A stretch of 64,000 bases of DNA. It comes from Candidatus Omnitrophota bacterium (GTDB taxonomy: Bacteria > Omnitrophota > Omnitrophia > Omnitrophales > Aquincolibacteriaceae). Shown here piece by piece: positions 60,718-64,000 of this stretch. The stretch spans positions 231,430 through 295,429 of the forward strand of contig CAIOAT010000013.1 of assembly GCA_903856085.1 (NCBI GenBank), written 5' to 3'. The notes beneath the pieces were generated by a model. That model was given only the letters and a program-made list of their open reading frames with translations, was not told the origin of the DNA and ran no database searches. Position numbers and translations under genes: made by a program. The stretch's first letter is position 1. Each line of letters opens with the position of its first letter.

Positions 60718-62966
60718 GCCTGAACGCCTCCTTTTGGATCATCGCCCTTCTCGGATGCGCTCCCGAGAAACCAGGGCTTCTCTGAAATACCGGACTTTAT
60801 GGAATGAATATAAATCGTCGGAAGAGGTGGATTGACCCCTGCATATTCGAGGTCATTATGCGTAAAGAACACCGCCCCTGCGCAATACCGTGCGATGGGT
60901 TCGCGTTCCGCCATCACAATGGCATAATACCTTCGCGCAGCTCTCTGGGAATCCTCCTGAGGCTGCCGTCTCTCCGCCTGTTTGATAAATTGATCCTTGA
61001 GAGAAAACTCCTGCCATAGCCTGTTAAAGGCCGGATCTTCTAACTGTTTAAGGATATCATCAAAAATAAGTCCGGCCTGTGCCCAGATCTCGCTCAAATA
61101 GATATTGTCAAAACCACGCCTCCGGCACTCTTCGGTAATAGCTCTAAAATAACTCCGGGCCGATGCCTCGGGCACGAGATTGCAACGACCGTGGATATCC
61201 GCCAAAATAAGCGTAAGCCTGACCCAAGGCTTGTTGACACATCGGTTCGCTTCATCAACAAGCATACGCAGATGATCCAGCGCGGCCCTATCGTGTTCAT
61301 CCGCAAAATCCCGCTGCCCCACCCCCCAATATCCGACGAGGCAGAACGGAGTATCATCGATCAAAGAGTCCTGAATAGCTTTCAAGATGGCCTCTTTATC
61401 CGGCGTCTTGGCCTTTCTGTAACGGGCTTTGTCGAAGATCGCGAAAAGATCCCGAGCCGTCTGTCCGGAAATATATTCCCTGAGCTTTTTCAGATCGACC
61501 TTACCGAGACTGTTCTTGGGCAAGCACCGGAAGAACACAAATTGATCCGGCATATTTTGCGCAGAGACACTTCCCCGGACAAAATCATACAACTCAGCTT
61601 CGATCTCCGGCGTCCTCTCCTTCAAAACGCACGCCGTGACAACCCGTTCCCCGAGCATGTCATCAGGAATGCCGAAAGTACACGATTCCGCGATATGACC
61701 GTAACGCCCGACAGCAATATCAATATCCTCGGGAATCACAAGCTGTCCTTTACGCTTGATGATATTCTTGATCCGTCCGACGATCACGAGTTGGCCATCT
61801 CTATCTAGAAAACCGATATCACCCGTCTTGAGCCAGCCATCCACAAGCACAGCCTTGGTGGCTTCGGGATTACCCCAATAGCCTTTCATAATGATATCTC
61901 CACGAATCAAAACTTCCCCGCTTCCTTCCGGCAACCCCTCGGCGGAGATCAAACCCGATCGGCCAATACGCACCTCGCAATCGACAGGAATCCCCGCGGA
62001 ATCATAACGCTTTCTCTCATCCCTGGGGGTCATGACGGCCCAAGTCGTCGTCTCTGTAAGCCCATAGCCCTGAAAACAGGGAATATGAAATCGGGCCTCA
62101 AAGGTCTTCCAAAGAGACTCTTTCAGGTGAGCCGTACCGACCAACGCATACTCGATGGAAGAAATATCCTTTGACGCGCCCGCCGGATACATATCGCTCA
62201 AGGAAGCCATGATCGACGGTGTTATGCTCAGAACCTGGATCTTATGTTGCTCGACAATATCCCAGATGCTTCGGGCCACAGAAAACCCGAAGACCTCTGT
62301 AAGAAAAACATGCGCCCCGGCACTAATGCACGCAAGCCCTGTGACCATCGGCGCGTTGATATGGTAGAAGGGAAGCATCGAAAGAAACTTCTGGCCTTGT
62401 TGAAAACCATAGAAAGACGAAAAAGCCTTTGCCATTACAGTGAGATTTTTATGAGAGAGCGCGATCCCCTTGCTGTTGGCTGTTGTCCCAGATGTATAAA
62501 TAATAAGGACTGCCTTCCCGTCTCCCTCCTCGCCGGCCAAAGGACCACTGTCGTAAGACCCGTCTTCTGCACCGGCCAGGCAAAGCATATCCTGGCTGTT
62601 GACCTGGATCTTCTCGGAATTCTCAAAGCTCTCCGCCAAGGGTAGCCACTCCTCGTCAAAAAAAATAACCCCGGGAGACAGTTGTTTTACAATATGCTGT
62701 AATTCATCAGTATGCATTTTGGGATTCAAGGGAATCAGGGCGGCCCGTCGTGAGGCACAAGCAAATATCAAAGGAAAGAAAAACGCCGAGTTAACCGTCA
62801 GATAAACGATCTTGTCCCCAGGGGCGATCATCCTCTTTTCAAGCAGTCGGGCAAGGCTCAGGCTCGCTTTGCGCAGATCCTCATAACTATAACTTTTATG
62901 ACTTCTCAAATCCGTCAAGAACATCTGCCGGCCGTCCAGATGATCCAATAAAGAAGAGAGGTTCAT
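60714..62966 (-). CDS. AMP-forming acyl ligase (ANL family) fused to a ~250-aa C-terminal domain of unknown function
   Basis: YTSGTTANSKG, PFYHIN, GYGLTET, WLKTGDIG, GRIKNIIK, PKNSLGK; the extra domain follows. Confidence 0.88.
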   Translation of the reverse strand: MNLSSLLDHLDGRQMFLTDLRSHKSYSYEDLRKASLSLARLLEKRMIAPGDKIVYLTVNSAFFFPLIFACASRRAALIPLNPKMHTDELQHIVKQLSPGVIFFDEEWLPLAESFENSEKIQVNSQDMLCLAGAEDGSYDSGPLAGEEGDGKAVLIIYTSGTTANSKGIALSHKNLTVMAKAFSSFYGFQQGQKFLSMLPFYHINAPMVTGLACISAGAHVFLTEVFGFSVARSIWDIVEQHKIQVLSITPSIMASLSDMYPAGASKDISSIEYALVGTAHLKESLWKTFEARFHIPCFQGYGLTETTTWAVMTPRDERKRYDSAGIPVDCEVRIGRSGLISAEGLPEGSGEVLIRGDIIMKGYWGNPEATKAVLVDGWLKTGDIGFLDRDGQLVIVGRIKNIIKRKGQLVIPEDIDIAVGRYGHIAESCTFGIPDDMLGERVVTACVLKERTPEIEAELYDFVRGSVSAQNMPDQFVFFRCLPKNSLGKVDLKKLREYISGQTARDLFAIFDKARYRKAKTPDKEAILKAIQDSLIDDTPFCLVGYWGVGQRDFADEHDRAALDHLRMLVDEANRCVNKPWVRLTLILADIHGRCNLVPEASARSYFRAITEECRRRGFDNIYLSEIWAQAGLIFDDILKQLEDPAFNRLWQEFSLKDQFIKQAERRQPQEDSQRAARRYYAIVMAEREPIARYCAGAVFFTHNDLEYAGVNPPLPTIYIHSIKSGISEKPWFLGSASEKGDDPKGGVQA

Positions 62967-63223
62967 GTCACGGGCCTCTTCGAGATCACGAACTGTTCGA
63001 TCTTTTCCAATGAACTAATCCTGTCATTGGCGAGATCCGCCACAGCGACCGTCACCGCGAATTCCTTCTCTAAAATCGCGATCACCTTGATGAGATCAAA
63101 TGAATCAAAGAGGTTCTTTTTGATAAAATCCTCGGTCTCCAGAAGCTTGCCGATCAAATGCGCCTTACTCCCGAAATTTTGCACCAAGAGCTCGCGAACC
63201 TTCTCTCTTATAGCCTTTTCCAC
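62963..63223 (-). CDS. Acyl carrier protein (DltC-like)
   Basis: 86 aa with LFDSFDLIKVIAILEKEF phosphopantetheine-site motif; GTG start after GAGG; ATGA overlap with the ligase gene. Confidence 0.88.
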   Translation of the reverse strand: MEKAIREKVRELLVQNFGSKAHLIGKLLETEDFIKKNLFDSFDLIKVIAILEKEFAVTVAVADLANDRISSLEKIEQFVISKRPVT

Positions 63224-63393
63224 ACCACCACCTCATTTATCCTTTGGACCGCCTTACACCTGGCCCTCGAAGCCGTCCGAATATTTTCGTCCTTGATATG
63301 CGGGTCGCATCATCTTCTAAAAACCGTGCGCCTCTTTTCCCGTTTTATTCCATCTGTTATTTCGTCTTTGATTCGCTCTGGGTCACGAACTAA

Positions 63394-64000
63394 TCACTTC
63401 ACAATGCCTTGAGCAACCAACTCCCGGGCTAACAACTCCTGCACTATTGCAGGATGGTTCATATGCTTCCAGTCCAAAAAAAGATCCGGGCTATTTAAAT
63501 CCTTACGATCCCATAAAGAAATATATTTGATCCCATTATTCGCAAGGTAATCTTCCAATTTCGCATAATATTGTTTTTTCTGATCGTACGAAAACCCTTC
63601 CTCGACCTGAGGATAGGTAGGAAGCACGACGACAAAAAGATCGATGTTGTATTTATGTTTTAAAGCCACGATCCACGGAAGAAGCGATTCCTTCATCTCC
63701 TTGTCAAAATCATAGCTTTGAACTTGGCGGCTTTTAGGAAGAGAGTCTGCATCATTTCTAAATTTTCCAAGGCGAAACTTCTTATTCAAGACATCTTCCA
63801 CATTTGCTCCGGGGGCGATTTTTCCAAATATTCCTGTTACAAAATGATGCAAAAGGTCTTTAGCCATATCTTCAGCACACCTCGACAGAAAAATATGCTC
63901 CCGCAAAATCTCTCCCACCGAAAGTTTTCTCTTCCCCCCCGGCTCAAAATCAGAGATCCTCTCCCGACTCCCAAGTTGCCCCATATATTTGGCTGCAAGA
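63394..64000 (-). CDS. DltD/SGNH-like protein (5' end outside the window)
   Basis: Frame is open to the window edge; VVVLP and C-terminal FLDWKHMN (DxxH); sits upstream of ACP-ligase-MBOAT. Confidence 0.6.
   Translation of the reverse strand, partial: LAAKYMGQLGSRERISDFEPGGKRKLSVGEILREHIFLSRCAEDMAKDLLHHFVTGIFGKIAPGANVEDVLNKKFRLGKFRNDADSLPKSRQVQSYDFDKEMKESLLPWIVALKHKYNIDLFVVVLPTYPQVEEGFSYDQKKQYYAKLEDYLANNGIKYISLWDRKDLNSPDLFLDWKHMNHPAIVQELLARELVAQGIVK

Noticed and set aside
63224-63393. DltX-like small membrane peptide between the DltD-like and ACP genes
   Set aside because: No hydrophobic short ORF with an SD found on the - strand.

Overview
A 64-kb bacterial chromosomal segment. Gene content (type IV pilin and TPR proteins, lipid A acyltransferase, class II RNR, TMTC-like protein) suggests a diderm PVC-type organism, possibly Ca. 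Omnitrophota; this is inference only. Layout: (1) partial recN and a GGQ release-factor-like gene; (2) a + strand ion-homeostasis/envelope block (putative Mn transporter, mgtA, TMEM165/GDT1, an unannotated 25-aa Lys-rich CCC peptide, RluA, B12 radical SAM, TspO, DedA, frameshifted DMT, LmtA-like methyltransferase, flavin reductase, crcB, DUF190); (3) a long - strand housekeeping run (queH, ftsK, dut, pnp, rpsO, ribF, truB, rbfA, infB, nusA, lpxL-like, tRNA-Gly, SDR, recR, dnaX); (4) a four-gene cassette between dnaX and tRNA-Ser encoding a pilin fused through a Gly/Ser linker to an HExxH domain, plus a PsbP/DcrB-like partner, a TPR protein and a response regulator; (5) CHASE2-GGDEF, nrdJ with tandem NrdR boxes, mnmE, folC, purH, pabC/pabB-like, DUF1015; (6) a surface-glycan cluster (GT2/GT4, TMTC-like, RgpF, SGNH, ABC flippase, two sulfotransferases) headed by a Dlt-like module (DltD-like, ACP, adenylation enzyme, MBOAT). 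The adenylation enzyme carries an unexplained ~250-aa C-terminal domain with class-Ic aaRS/PvcA-like motifs. The best candidates for undescribed biology are this Dlt-like acylation-plus-sulfation system and the pilin-tethered metallopeptidase cassette. All family calls come from motif recognition by eye; no searches were run.
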